Part shown: one piece after another, positions 39,250 through 52,050 of the stretch
How positions within the stretch are numbered: position 1 is the first letter of the stretch
How the letters are laid out: the number at the start of each line of letters is the position of its first letter
NCBI RefSeq assembly: GCF_006345805.1
Contig: NC_042998.1
Coordinates: 36,704,001-36,768,000, forward strand
DNA: 64,000 nucleotides
Direction: 5' to 3'
Origin: Octopus sinensis
Lineage: Eukaryota
Position numbers and translations under genes: made by a program
Notes under the pieces: model-generated
Database searches by the model: none
What the model saw: only the letters and a program-made list of their open reading frames with translations
What the model was told of the DNA's origin: nothing

Positions 39250-39505
39250 AAAAGTTAAGGGGTGGCTTACTCCCTGCCGTGTCCCATCCCGCCGTGTACT
39301 TGGAATTTCTGAGTACCTGATCGATTGGCGGAGAGTCGCTGAACCTACATAGGGCCTTGATATTATCCCTGTTGGGTGTCTAGCAACCTTCCTAACCATA
39401 CTATCCTAGTGTGGATGCCGGCTTCGACACCGACAATCCCTCCACGGATTTGTATTAGATTCCATGTTACTTGTAGTACTCATGAGAGAGCTCACAAGTT
39501 ACCTA
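39250..39505 (-). mobile_element. Diverged 5' end of the 31797-type RTE-like element
   Basis: Minus strand gagtactacaagtaacatggaatctaatacaa..gccggcatccacac aligns with gagtgctactggtaacatgtaacccagtacaa..accggcaacccc. Confidence 0.5.
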
Positions 39506-39514
39506 ACAACCTAT

Positions 39515-39910
39515 ACATACACACATACATACATACATACATACATACATACATACATACATACATACATACGTACATACATACATACATACATACATGC
39601 ATACATGCATACATACATACATGCATACATGCATACATGCATGCATACATACATACATACACACATACATACATACATACATGCATACATGCATACATAC
39701 ATACATGCATACATGCATACATGCATGCATACATACATACATGCATACATGCATACATACATACATGCATACATGCATACATGCATACATACATACATAC
39801 ATACATACATACATACATGCATACATGCATACATACATACATACATACATGCATGCATACATACATACATACATACATACATACATACATACATACATAC
39901 ATACATACAC
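39515..39910. repeat. Compound (CATA)n/(CATG)n microsatellite, ~400 bp
   Basis: Directly visible. Confidence 0.97.
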
Positions 39911-40913
39911 ACTAATATTTGTTTTGGAAATGCTTGTGAAAGTTTATATATTGTGAATTGTATTTGAAATTATATAAGGTAAATGCATCTTAGGAAATGT
40001 ATCGTAGCAGTATAAAAAAATGGTACTTATCATCTTGAAAAGAAAACAACTCAGTTTAATACAAAATAAACAATATGAAGTGATATACACAATCATACAA
40101 TCTAACATACATATATGAATGTGTATGCGTGCATGTATGCATGTATATATGTGTGAATACATATACATACGTGTAGATATACATATATATACACGTATGA
40201 GTGTGTGGGGGTGGGTGTAGCGCCAAAGGAGTCTAGAGAAAAATGTCACAACATACAATAGTTTTTTAACGCAATCTCACCAGGAAGATCGTAAAGTCTA
40301 AATAAATGAAAGAAAAGATACAAGATACAATAATGCAAACGTGGAAAACATCTGTGTGTCCGATGTTCAAATAGTAGAAAGGAAAGTAAAAAAAGCCTCC
40401 CTCCTCCTCCACCATCCACCATCCACCATCCCAACAAACCATAAAAATACGCTGTAAAAATAGAAGAGAAAAAAATAAATACATCAAAGCTAATTGCTAC
40501 AATATTTTACAAACAAATTGCTTTGAAAGTTGTCATTTGCAGACTTTGTTGAACTAAAGATACACAGCATGTCATGAATAGGGAATGTTCGTTGTCCGAA
40601 ATTAAATGACTGGAGACATTTCCGTCTATACCATTCGAATAAAGTTTATAAAGGTTCCTATTAGCAGTTGTATATGAAATATAACGAATGTCGTCAACGG
40701 ACGCTAATTTCCATCAACTAAACTATGTATAACTCCAGGGTTATAGCAATTAACCGTTTAGTATGATACACATGTGAAACGCCTTGGCAACGAATGTTTT
40801 AAATACACTTTGTCCTCGCGGACATTATTCACCTTTTTTCATCGTATGAGAAAGATGCTATAGTTAAACTCAATATTATAACAATTACAAAGATACTTTC
40901 CTGTCTTTTATAA

Positions 40914-40985
<72 letters not shown>

Positions 40986-41059
40986 CTGTTATATGTATCT
41001 TTTATAGATACATATAACAATGTTTTAGATTAGTGAGTGTCTATAGACAGATATATCGG

Positions 41060-41230
41060 TGGAGCGGTCCAGTTGATCACATCGACCCGAGTGCTCAACT
41101 GGTACTTATTGTATCGATCCCGAAAAATGAAAGGCAAAATGGATCTGGCCTAATTTGAACACAGATTGTAAAGAAGAACGAAATGCGCCAAACATCTGGC
41201 CCAGGGTGATAGCGATTATCTTAGCTCACT
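41060..41230 (-). mobile_element. Diverged SINE
   Basis: catcgacccgagtgctcaactggtacttattgtatcgatcccgaaaaatgaaaggcaaa. Confidence 0.72.
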
Positions 41231-41299
41231 GCGTTGCACTCATGTTTAATATTTATAGTTTACATACATCTTGCACGGTGAGGCACTTCCTTCATCAGC

Positions 41300-41990
41300 T
41301 GCCGACTGAAGATCAATGCGGTTTCAGCAACGTCTAGCATTATAACTTCCTTCGTCTGTGCCGCACACCCTCTCGGCTACTTGTGAATTTCCAGGTTCTT
41401 TTGGTCGACAGTGTAGCCCCCTTTTCCCTCTCCATGAGAACATATAATCCCTTCAGCTCTGCAGCAAATGATTCACTTTATGTGCTACTAAGGATATATT
41501 TTTTGCTCTCAATTTAAGCCTTTCTCACAAATGTGTGACAAAAATGTTATAAAGCAAAACTGCTCTCCTTTCTCAGAAAAATTCTAGGCAAACAAGCCAT
41601 AGGAGATCCAGCTAAAATCCCTTAACATTTCACTTCTATTAGAAAAACTATACACCCACGCATGGTTCAGAGAGTCTTTCATATTTTAAGCAGTCCCTTT
41701 CGTGTGCTTAATATAAATTAGCATAAAACTCTAGCGTCAACTCGACGATTAGAAACGTTTTGTCACGTGAAATCACGACTTTAGGTTTGAACAATAATTT
41801 ATCATTGCAATATGATTCGGATTTGCAAAGATCTCCAGCAAATCTTCCTATAATTTGAAGTTCTTTGTGCTGTGCTATGTGTCTGTGTTGTTTGTCGTTT
41901 ATCAGATCTTTCCTACCTTTCTTATTGAAGGAACAAGCTTTAACGTGGTATTTATTCCGATTAAATTTAGGCATTTACAATGACTTTGTA
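41300..41990 (-). mobile_element. RLE-type (Hero-like) LINE 3' remnant
   Basis: KPKVVISRDKTFLIVELTLEFYANL, AHERDCLKYERL and IEVKC*GILAG, resembling PD.V..IVELTVP.E.N..AHERK..KY..EVG.RG. Confidence 0.6.
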
Positions 41991-42049
41991 AAACATCGGA
42001 AAGGGTCCGCAGAACATGGCTATGGAGCCAAGCGTATTCTCAAAAGACT

Positions 42050-42300
42050 CAAAGATCCTTCCCGAGCCATAGGGTCATCAGGTCGGTTTTCCGGATCCTG
42101 TGCCCTATTTGTAACCCTCCCCAAAGATAGGATTCCGGTCTGTCGCAAGATCACTCACTTTCGTCAGCTGAGTGGTTTGGAGCAATGTGAAATATAGTGT
42201 TTCGCTCAAGAATATAACGCACTGCTCAGTCCACGCATCAAAACCACAATCTTACGATCATAGATGCAACAACCTGACCACTAAGTGTCGCTCCTCTACA
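42050..42300 (-). mobile_element. tRNA-derived SINE
   Basis: cagctgagtggtttggagcaatgtgaaatatagtgtttcgctcaaga core, and a tRNA-like head (cttacgatca..ctgaccactaag). Confidence 0.75.
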
Positions 42301-43525
42301 AACATAGAGTACAAGAGGTGAATGGCACATTTTCAGTACGTTATCCAACAGTGCAGAACGTCGACGAAACAATATTTTCAATCTAGTTCTATCGTGAAAT
42401 ATCTGGTAGGAGAAGGAAAAATATTTTACACCCCCCACCCCGAAAAGTTTGCAGGATAGATGTGTACATTGTTCTCATATTTCTGGATAGCTACATTTGT
42501 TCTGCTGTCTGAGACACTGGCCTTTCTGCTTTGGTTTCTTAGCACTACTGACTTAGCTGCTTCTTTGTTTTCTTCAGTTTAACGTATTTGTTAGTCATAA
42601 TATTTGTCTGCAATATCTATTAATTAGGAATGTTTGGGTGTACGAGGCTTCGAGTTTGTACAAAACCGAAACAAAACAGAAAAAAGATAGAAACATGTGA
42701 GGGAATAGCAAACAAGTTGTAATAGTTTGACGCTCAGGAAAACGGGAAGTGTATTTAACGTTTCGAGCCTAATCTATTGTATAGGAAGGAATGAAGAGAG
42801 AAGATAAATGGAGAAAGAAAACAACGGGAAGAGAAAAAAGGGAACATGTCTGAATTAAAAGTTGGACGTATTGAATTGACCGGAAGGAAGGAAGTGGTTG
42901 GAAATAAGGTTGGTAAGGGAGACAACAATTACTTGGCGAAAATGTGTGTGTGTGCATGTGAGAATAATGTATGTTTGTGTACATGTGTGTGTGGGCGAGC
43001 GCATGTGTATGTGTGTGTGTGTGGGAAACCGCGTGTGTGTGGGTCTGAAGATTGCATGAGCGTGTGTGTGTAAGTAAACATTTTCATGCGTGTATGGAAC
43101 AATGTGTGTGTGTGTGTATATATTTATGTGTGAGTGTTGTGTGTGGACGCATGTATATGTGTGGAAGTGTGTAAAGCTATCTGATGTGTGTTCAAAGGTA
43201 TATATGTAGGAGGTAATGTGTGCGTGTATACTGTGTGTGAGTAACGTGTGTGCGTGTATAATTTTCTGTAGTTTTTAGGTGTGTGTAAAATGCCATTGGA
43301 CACATGCGTGCGTGTGTTTTTAAGCATTAACTGTGTGTGTGTGTGTGTGTGTGTGAGTGACACTGTTGTCTGTGCGTCTATTGTGGTTTTATGCGTGAAT
43401 ATTGTGTGTGTTTATATGCATAAATGTAAGTATATATGTCAGTTTCTAATCCAGTATTCCTTCATTGGAATTTCTACATTAACATGGGATTTTTGCATAT
43501 ATGTGTGTAAGTATGCATGTTTGTA

Positions 43526-44384
43526 GGGGTACCCAAAAGCAACCGGAAACTTTCTCTGTGGGACACGCCCGTTGTAGTTCAGGCCTCCGTCGCTACAAGC
43601 CACTTGATGTGACCCTTAGGCATCAGTGTGCCGACCGGCGTCGTCGAGTGTAGTCCTACTGCTAAGTGGTGTATCTTTGCTTTGCAGTGCTTCTGTTCGT
43701 TGATTTTTGCTGTGGCTGGCACGAGAAAACGGCGTGGTTCCGTGAAATTCTGTTTTCTCGTGGTTAAAACGACGGCCGAAACAGTTGTCATAATTCTAAA
43801 GACGCTGCCATGAGCAAAACACAAGTTTATGAGTGGTTTTCATACTTTAGGAATGGTCACTTGTCGCTCGTTCAGGGCGATCGTCGACCTCCTAGTTGAA
43901 TGAAAACATCATAAAAATTCAGGAACTGCTCTTGGAGGGCCGTCGCCGAACAATTGACGAACTTGTTGATATGTCTGGTGTGTCCTGGAGCTCCTGACAA
44001 CGAATTACGAGCGAGGAATTGAGAATGAAAAGAGTTGCAGCAAAATTTGTACCTCCTTTGCTAACGGAAGATCAAAATAGGTCACAACTGAATGCGTGTT
44101 GTGAATTGACAGAAGAGTTGGAAATTTATCCTGGCCGTTTTTCGAAGCTGATCACTGGTGACGAAAGGTGGTATTAAGGAATTTGCAGATGTGGAAGAGG
44201 TGGAGAAAAGGAACAACGGAGGTGTAAGAAGGCATCACTTCGCTTTGAACAATGGAAAAGGCGTCTGGACCGATGCACCTCTTCAAATGAAGAATATTTT
44301 GAAGGCGATAAAAGTGTAAACATGTAAAACTAGCTGAATAAAATGATAATACAAAATTCCGATTTCTTTTGGGTACCCTCTCGT
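43526..44384 (+). mobile_element. Internally deleted mariner element with both TIRs
   Basis: TIRs ggggtacccaaaagcaaccggaa / ttccgatttcttttgggtaccc. Transposase fragments VKFCFL..KTTAETV, MSKTQVYEWF, RRRTIDELV, MKRVAAKFVP.LLTEDQ, ITGDE.W, EYFEGD. The catalytic core is deleted. Confidence 0.92.
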
Positions 44385-44477
44385 GTGTCTGTATGTATAT
44401 TTTCCTTATGAATGGCTTTGTAGCCCACACCGATATAGTTGTTGTATAGTAGTAGTAGTAGTAGTAGTAGTAGTAAT

Positions 44478-44994
44478 AGTTAGTTAATTAGTTAATTTTT
44501 TGGCTCAAAAGCAAAAAGCAAGGCCATGTAGGGGGACATGGAGTTATGTACAGGGTGGTGTTCATGTGAAGAGTTCAGGCCACTTGAGGTCAAGGGAGAC
44601 TTTGAACAAAGCGGTCGTCGGCATCTTCACCATCTCGTCTGGCAGCTTGTTCCACGGATCCGCAACCCGGACGGAGAAAGCTCTTCTCCTTCGATTGAGA
44701 TGAAATCGTCGCAGGTAGAGCTTTTCGGAATGACCCCGCAGCCGACGCTCTGGAGCAAGAGTGAAGAACAGCTCTTTCGAGAGGTTACACTTTCCGCTTA
44801 TGATGTTGTGAGCGAGAATGAGATCACCACGGCGCCGGCGTTTTTCTAGAGAATAAAGGTCGAACGTCTTCAGCCTTTCTTCATAAGACAAATTCTTGAG
44901 ACCATGAACTATGCGGGTATCCAGCTTCTGGACTCTTTCGAGATGCTGTATGTCTTTGAGGAGATAAGGAGAAGAGGCTTGAATCCCGTACTCC

Positions 44995-44995
<1 letters not shown>
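44478..44995 (-). mobile_element. CR1-clade LINE 3' fragment with open ORF2 C-terminus
   Basis: LEYGIQASSPYLLKDIQHLERVQK..LSYEERLK..LYSLEKRRRRGDLI..RLRGH..FSVRVADPWNKLP. Flanked by (GTA)n on both sides. Confidence 0.93.
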
Positions 44996-45029
<34 letters not shown>

Positions 45030-45129
45030 CAGCAGTTGCAGCTGTTATTTTGTAGTAGCAGAATTAGTAGCAGCTGCTTTAATGATAATAATAATGGTTG
45101 AGCGTATATGAAATAATGATAGTAATACC

Positions 45130-45336
45130 TATTTCTTTACTACCCACAAGGGGCTAAACACAGAGCGGACAAACAAGGACAGACAAACGGATTAAGTCGA
45201 TTATATCGACCTCAGTGCGTAACTGGTACTTATTTAATCTACCCCGAAAGGATGAAAGGCAAAGTCAACCTCGGCGGAATTTGAACTCAGAACGTAACGG
45301 CAGACGAAATGCGGCTACGCATGTCGCCTTCAAACG
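45130..45336 (-). mobile_element. SINE with 14-bp target site duplication
   Basis: Same family as 26425. atgatagtaatacc at 45116-45129 and 45337-45350. Confidence 0.9.
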
Positions 45337-45749
45337 ATGATAGTAATACCAGGCACTGACTCTCCTGGCGCCTGATCTTAACTGATTGGAAATGTTATAC
45401 TGTATATGTTTTTTCTTGGTGTAAAAGACGGTCTAGAGTAAATATTCTGCTCAATACCACAGATTTGCTTGTCATCTGTTTGACCTTAGCCAGTGGAGCA
45501 TGTCCCATAATGGCTGACGATATGTGCATCTCTGAATATGTGCACGAAATTCTTCGTTTTTTTCATCTTTTTCTTTTTCCCTTCTTTCTTTTTTCTTTGT
45601 TTTTTTTTCTCCTTCTTTGTCTATCACATGACTTTGTAAATGAACACCCTGATGTGTTTATTTTGATGGCCTACCGATGTATACGGTAAATTTCTTCTAG
45701 ATCTTGGGAAGGCACTCGGCAAGAAATGGAAAAAAATTGAAAGAAGACA

Positions 45750-45789
45750 ATAATAATAATAATAATAACAACAACAATAATAATAATGA

Positions 45790-45826
<37 letters not shown>

Positions 45827-45935
45827 TAATAATAATAACAACAACAATAATGATAATAATAATAATAATAATAAAAAAAAATAATAATAAAAATAATAAT
45901 AGTAAAAATAATGATGATGATGATGATGATGATGA
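45750..45935. repeat. (AAT)n/(GAT)n microsatellite (LINE tail/target)
   Basis: Directly visible. Preceded by a LINE-like 3' UTR (cactcggcaagaaatgg) also seen at ~49392 and ~49732. Confidence 0.95.
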
Positions 45936-45949
45936 TCCCTGTCTGCAGT

Positions 45950-47700
45950 CTTTCTTCTACTAGAGTTGACACCTTTCTCCAACATGTTAAACAGGACAAG
46001 ATTCGGTTACAAATGTTATGATAAAATAATCAGCCACTTACTTTATATAGACGACCTCAGATCCATCTCTATAAATTATAAACATCTAGGAACATTACAG
46101 CAGCAGAGATTACATAGATTTTCTGGTGAGAAATTTTATCAGATTCCGATTAACCAAATGCGTCGGGGCAACTTTGAAGAGAGAGAATATAATTTAAGAA
46201 TGCTAATCACATGTTAGATAAAGAAACAGATACGAAAGTTAGGGAAAAAAAAACAGAGACAGACAAAATACTTAGGAATCAGTGAAGTAGAAAACGCAAA
46301 AGAGACCAAAATAGAAGGTAAGAAGAGGAAGGGATATTATAGACTCATTAGCTTAATACTTGAATCTGCTAAAAGTTAGTAATAAACATCAATAGTCTAG
46401 CTACCTAAGTAATAAATTACAGCTTCATCATTGTCAATTGGACGCTAAAAGAACTAGGAATTCTAGACAGAAAAAATAAAGAACAAGAATAAAAGATTTC
46501 ATTTCGAATACACAACACAGAATGTGACTTACTGCAAACACAGCGTGTTAGGGTTGGATTTGCAAATATACTATTATTATTGGACTAGCATTCTATCTAG
46601 TAAAGAGTCGTGGAAAATGAAGATGCGTTGCTATGAAGCACGAACAACCTAAAGCGAAGTGCTTTCTTTGAAATGAAGCCTACAATTGAACATTTTTTCA
46701 CATCGCAGAAAGTTAGGAGAAAAAGACAGAAAGTATTTCAGAAATTGTGAAAAGCTGATATTCGAATCTATTCAGAGGCTACAGTATATGATGATAAAAG
46801 TGATAGCAAGGAATATCTCCATAGGGACAATGCAATGATAAAGCTGAACAGAGATGAAGAAGGCAAGAAATAATCAGTTTAATGGTTGTGGGGCAAATGA
46901 CTCGAAGCTGAATATCAAGGATTCCTGACTTCGGGGCCTGCGTCAAAGGTTATCACCTCTCTAACAGAAAAAGGAAGAAAAAAGAAGAAAAGAAGCGCAA
47001 AAGCATATAATGAAGTGAATAGAGCACTTGTAAGGATGTTGTAGAAAGGAGTCAATCATTGTCTCTGGTTTTAGCCTTGAAAAAGAACACGAACGCGATT
47101 GATGATGTCGGGACTACAAAGGTGGGAATTCACACAGGAATTACCAAGAAGGCACATGGTTTAATGGGTATTCGATTAAGGATTGAAAGGAAGCGAGTTC
47201 GGTTCCTGGTAGTGCGTTGTATTCTTAAACAAGACACTTTATTTCACGTTGCGTTAATGCACTCATCTGGACAAAATGAGTTGTACTTGTATTACAAAGA
47301 GCGCGTGTTTGTGGATTTCTCGGCCACTTGCACGTTAATTTCACGAAAGTGGTATGAACAGGAACCAGAAGCCCCGATTGAAAATGAGAATTACAAGTTC
47401 TATTGGGATTTTTCCATAAAAGCTGAGCCTAATATTGAAGCAAAAAGACCAGACATGATCAAAGAAGATAAAAATAAACAAACAGCATCACATCATAAAT
47501 TTGCAATCCCCATGATAGCAGGGACGATGCCAAAGAAATTGAAAAAGGTGAGAAATATCAGGATCTATCCAGAGAGCTCAGAAAACTGGAAGACCAAGGC
47601 AACAATTATTCCTGTTGTAATTGGTGCATTTCGTACAACACCCAAAATGTTGCTTAAAATACTGAAAAGAGATTGCAATTGAAATTTGAATTGTTGACCT
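45950..47700 (+). mobile_element. Degraded R4/Dong-like (RLE) LINE, with SINE fragment at ~47170-47345
   Basis: ISHLLYIDDL (RT), KYLG, KWYEQEPEAPIENENYKFYWDFSIK..IEAKRPDMI, IIPVVIGAF. Confidence 0.85.
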
Positions 47701-47817
47701 TCAAAGTACCATTCTATTTTCTGTCAACTACTCTGGTAGTGAACAGCTGGCATCGTAGTGCATCTCCAGCTAAGAGTATGAAAACCCGTGCTAAAACTGC
47801 TCCTTTTCTTATTATTA

Positions 47818-48310
47818 CTGATAAATGGCAAGAAAAACCTCTCAATGGCAAATACCCAAAGAGAGCTAATAGTACCGATGTTGACAAAGCCCTTACCCAT
47901 CAATGGTTAGTGTCTTCTGGATTAAAATGAGAAACGGAAGGGTTTATCATAGCAGCCCCAATTTAATGTCTACCTACAAGAAATTACCAAGCCAACATAT
48001 TAACGAATGGAAGTAGCCCAAGATGTGTATGTCAACAACAAAATAAAACCATTGATCATGTTGTCTCTAAGTGCAGTCTTCTTACGCGAACACAGTATCT
48101 CAACAGGCATGATAGAGCAGCACAATATATTCACTGGGTAATTTAAAAAAACCTGGACCTGCCCCATGATACAAACTGGTGGAAACACAAATCACCCCCA
48201 GTGCTTGAAAATGATCACATCTCACTCCTCTAGAACTTCACCGTTCAAACTGACCGGAAGATAGATGCGAATAGGTTAGACTTTATTGAAAAAACTTCAG
48301 ACATAAGAGT
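47818..48310 (+). mobile_element. Second R4/Dong-like LINE fragment (CCHC and RHD region)
   Basis: DKWQEKPLNGKY..THQWLVSSGLK*ETEGFIIAAQ..TIDHVVSKC..YLNRHDRAAQYIHW..VLENDH..TVQTDRKIDANR. Confidence 0.88.
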
Positions 48311-48399
48311 TAAAAATTTGCTATTGAGTTCATGAACCGCATGATGGAAGTGCGGCAACTGTTGTTGCTAAGATGGTGAAATCAATGACAAGGGGAAAA

Positions 48400-49770
48400 A
48401 TAAAATATGAACAATTGGCTAATTGGCTGATAGCTGGGACCAGAAATTTCTGCATGGCAAATCTATGACCGTAGCAAACTAGCTGATGTTGATCAGAAGC
48501 ACATCACCTGCGGCTACAAATCTCATGGCTAAAGGCAGGGCATGAAAGCTTCTTCTTAGATGCTCCAGATCAAAGCTCCTTGACCCGGAAATACCAGGTG
48601 AATGTGATGGAAAATGGAGTAGTGGCAATTATGTAACGATGAGATTGGAGCAGCGAACCACTTAATGCCTGGATGTAATGTCTTAGCACCAGTGATGAAT
48701 AAACCAAGGCATGACAGAGCTGGCCAATAACTATTCTGGTTAATGCTTCATTAATATGTCATTAATATAAAATGAAAATTGTTGACAAGTGGTATAAACA
48801 CCATCCTGAGGCTGTAACCGAGGGAGAAAAAGTAACGATTCCTTGGTAGTTTCCAGTGTATACAAACCGAACTATCAAAGCTAATAAACCGGATGTTGTT
48901 GTAAAAGACCGAATCAATAAAGTCTGTTTATTGATCGTCATGAACATTTCTTGTGATCATATCTCGGCAAAAGAATTTGACGAGCACAGAATATAAAAAT
49001 ATTTGCTCATTGAAATCGAAAATAACGCCAGAACTGAAGACGGTTACATTATGAGAAATGTAGGAGCCTTTAAAAAATTAAAAACTATTGAGAACGGTTC
49101 CTGTTTTTACCATCCATACAAGAATGATCTCTGGTTTTCCATCCATAACCAGCACGTCACACATATCGAGAAGAGAATTGTCACCGCGGGAACTATTACA
49201 CCCATGTAATATTTTATTATTGTTCTTTCTTTCTTTCGTTCTCTTCTCTCTTCCTCTTTTGCCTTTCTTTCTTTCTTTCTTTCTTTGTTTCTTTTCACGC
49301 AATTTTATTTTATAAATGAACAATCTGGTGTGTTTATTCCAATGGCGTATCAATGTATACAATGAGATTCTTTGCTCTAGGTGTTGGAAGACACTCAGCA
49401 AGAAATGGGAACAAAATTGAACGAAGGACAGCAAAAAATTCTGAAGGCGACTGCAGTATCAGTGATTGTAGGATCTGTAGGAATTATAAAAATAAAGGTA
49501 CTGATACTTATTTGAAATTGATACCAGGCTTACCATTCCTACAGGAAGTGCAGAAAATCGTGAAAGCTGGAACGACTCATTTACTAACAAGAGCATTATC
49601 GCTGTGAAAGCAACATCCATTCATGAATTTATTTATTTATTAATTTTTAAAAATACACATTTTATCTGTGAATTTGCGTGTGTAATCTGGGAATGCATAT
49701 AATGAGCTTCTTTGCTCCAGGTGTACGGAAAACACTCGGCGAGAAATGGCCTATAATTAAAAAAATTGTA
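48400..49770 (+). mobile_element. Third R4/Dong-like LINE 3' fragment with 3'UTR
   Basis: RHDRAGQ, KWYKHHPEAVTEGEKVTI..TNRTIKANKPDVVVKD..CLLI, IPGLPFLQEVQKIVKAGTTHLLTRALSL*. Confidence 0.85.
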
Positions 49771-50159
49771 TGTAATATCTACTCTAAGAAACTAATATTA
49801 ATAGCTAGAAAAAGCCCCAAAATTTAAAAGCGGGAATATTTAACAGCTGAGAAACAATAGCAAGAATTGGAGTAGAGGCGCCTAATCTGAAGTTAGAAAT
49901 ATTTCCCATAATTATTGGTGATCTCGGAAATATCCTTAAAATTACCAGGTGTATACTTAGCCACAAATTCAAGAAGTACACATTTGCATGTCATTAACAA
50001 CTTTTACAAGTTACTGCGTACACAGCACACACCAAAATAAAATGAAACTATAGCAAGACGTTGAACATAATAAAACAGAGCCACGCTCAATGGTGTACTG
50101 AGATCACTATTTACAAATGATCGTATCACGACCTTGAATAGAAAACCTGTTTGAAATTA

Positions 50160-50635
50160 CTCTAAGCAATCCGCTCGGTGTGCTAATGATCCTGCCAGCT
50201 CGCCGGCTTTTGTTGGAATAAAAAAAAACTGGTTTCAGGTTTTGATACAAGGCCAGCAATCTCGGGGAGGATGTAAGCCGATTAAATCGGTCCCAGTACT
50301 CCACTGCTACTTATTTTATCGATCCTTAAATGATGAAAGGCAAAATCGACCTCGGCGGCATTTGACCACAGAAGGAAAAGAGGGACGAAAAGTCGATAAG
50401 CATTCTGCCAGCTCGCCGGCTTATATTTGAATATAATATTCATTTCATATTTTGACACAAGGCCGGCAATCTCGAGGGAGGGGTTAAGTGGATTGCATGG
50501 GCTCCTGTGCTCGACTGGTACTTATTATATCCACCCCCAAAAGAGTAAAAGCAAAGAAACTCAGCAGGTAAAGAGCTGGGGGAAATACTGTCAAGCATTT
50601 CGTCCGGTGTGGTAACGTTTTTTTCAGTTCACTGT
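50160..50635 (-). mobile_element. Cluster of two to three diverged SINEs in tandem
   Basis: tttgatacaaggccagcaatctc at ~50241 and tttgacacaaggccggcaatctc at ~50451. atgaaaggcaaaatcgacctcggcgg. Confidence 0.78.
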
Positions 50636-51844
50636 TTTATATTTGAATATAATATTAATAATTAAGATATACCACAGTAATTAGATTAGACTAACCGAAA
50701 CCTCTCTCACAATATCTACACTTTTGCTAGAGTTTGAAAAATGTGTTAAACTCATGTCTTTTAACGGCAATAGAATTGAGTATGGGTTTCACTGCCCTTC
50801 AGTATTTAGCTCTCAGTACGCAAATTACTTCGTTTAAATACTATCATAAGTGACTTTAACTTTCCTCCCTACAACGCCAACAAAATATATTTTACGCTTG
50901 TGCAAAAGTTACTTTAAGTGACTATTACCTTTATTACACATTTGTATATTTGCAAGAATGGAAGAAACCATTATTATTCCTACTGTCGTTTTAATTATTA
51001 CGAACTATTAATTCTTGCAGTCTGCAGGCTTTTATGGACATCACTATAATGTTAACACTACTTTGTTCAATAAAAATTCATCTTCAGGGAATCATACTGG
51101 AGTTTATTCGCTATATTTTTCTAAATCCTCATGATATAGAATTTCTGCAGTTTGACTAAATCGGTATTCCAATAACTTGTAAACGTTCTCTGAGGACCAC
51201 CTCAATGATAATCACTAGAACTCTTCAAGGAAAACAAGGACGATGTGTCTAAACGTAAAGTAATATGTTAGATTATCCCACCGGGGAACTGTTACTTCTA
51301 TAAATCCCTTCTCTGAATTCGTGATTTATATTTACAACAAAATAAATTCAATATATATATATATATATAAATACATGTACATACATATACGTATATGTTT
51401 ATCGTCGTTACTTCTCACTCATTTGTGATCGTAAAATTTCCCTATATATATATGTGTGTGTGTGTGTTGATACTATGTATGAGCGAGTGTATGAATAAGC
51501 GCATGTACGTGTCTTCTGAATGTGTATTTTCTGATAAAAGTGCTGAATACATCCTTGTGTTCCAAAGTGTGTTGCTTCTGACAGTTATCTAGAATAAACT
51601 GGAATTACAGTTCCATAACATTGTTTCGTTCAATCTGATTTTTCCGTCGTACAAAACGTCTGCTGGACATGCACCGCACTAAAACAATTGAAAACAGATG
51701 GAGCTAAGTTCAGTCTAAAGACACGGGCAGATTATTTTTTTGAATTTCAAAGGAAACATGCTGTATGATAATTGAGAACATTGATCAAGGGCTTTCCATA
51801 AGCCAACCCTTCAAAATTATTTCTACATATTTGAAGTGAATTCA

Positions 51845-52050
51845 AGGCGGCAAGCTGTTAGAACTGATAACCGGACAAAATACTATGTAACGCTTAATCT
51901 GTCGTTACGTTCTCGGTTTATATTCTGGCGAGGTCGACTTTGCCTTTCATCCTTTCGGGATCAATGTAATTCTACCAGTTGAGCACTAGGGTGGATGTAA
52001 TCGACATACACATCTTCTGAGCTTGTGGGCATTGTGCGAAGATTTGAAAC
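51845..52050 (+). mobile_element. Diverged SINE
   Basis: aaggcggcaagctgttagaa..gaggtcgactttgcctttcatcctttcggga. Confidence 0.8.

Noticed and set aside
47059-47682. Longest ORF (207 aa) as a host gene
   Set aside because: Chimeric read-through of a SINE fragment and a decayed R4/Dong-like LINE RLE domain.
51165-51235. Minus-strand ttgaaga-gttct...agaac hammerhead-like layout
   Set aside because: The GAAA is replaced by GTTT and C3 is displaced; too degenerate to call.
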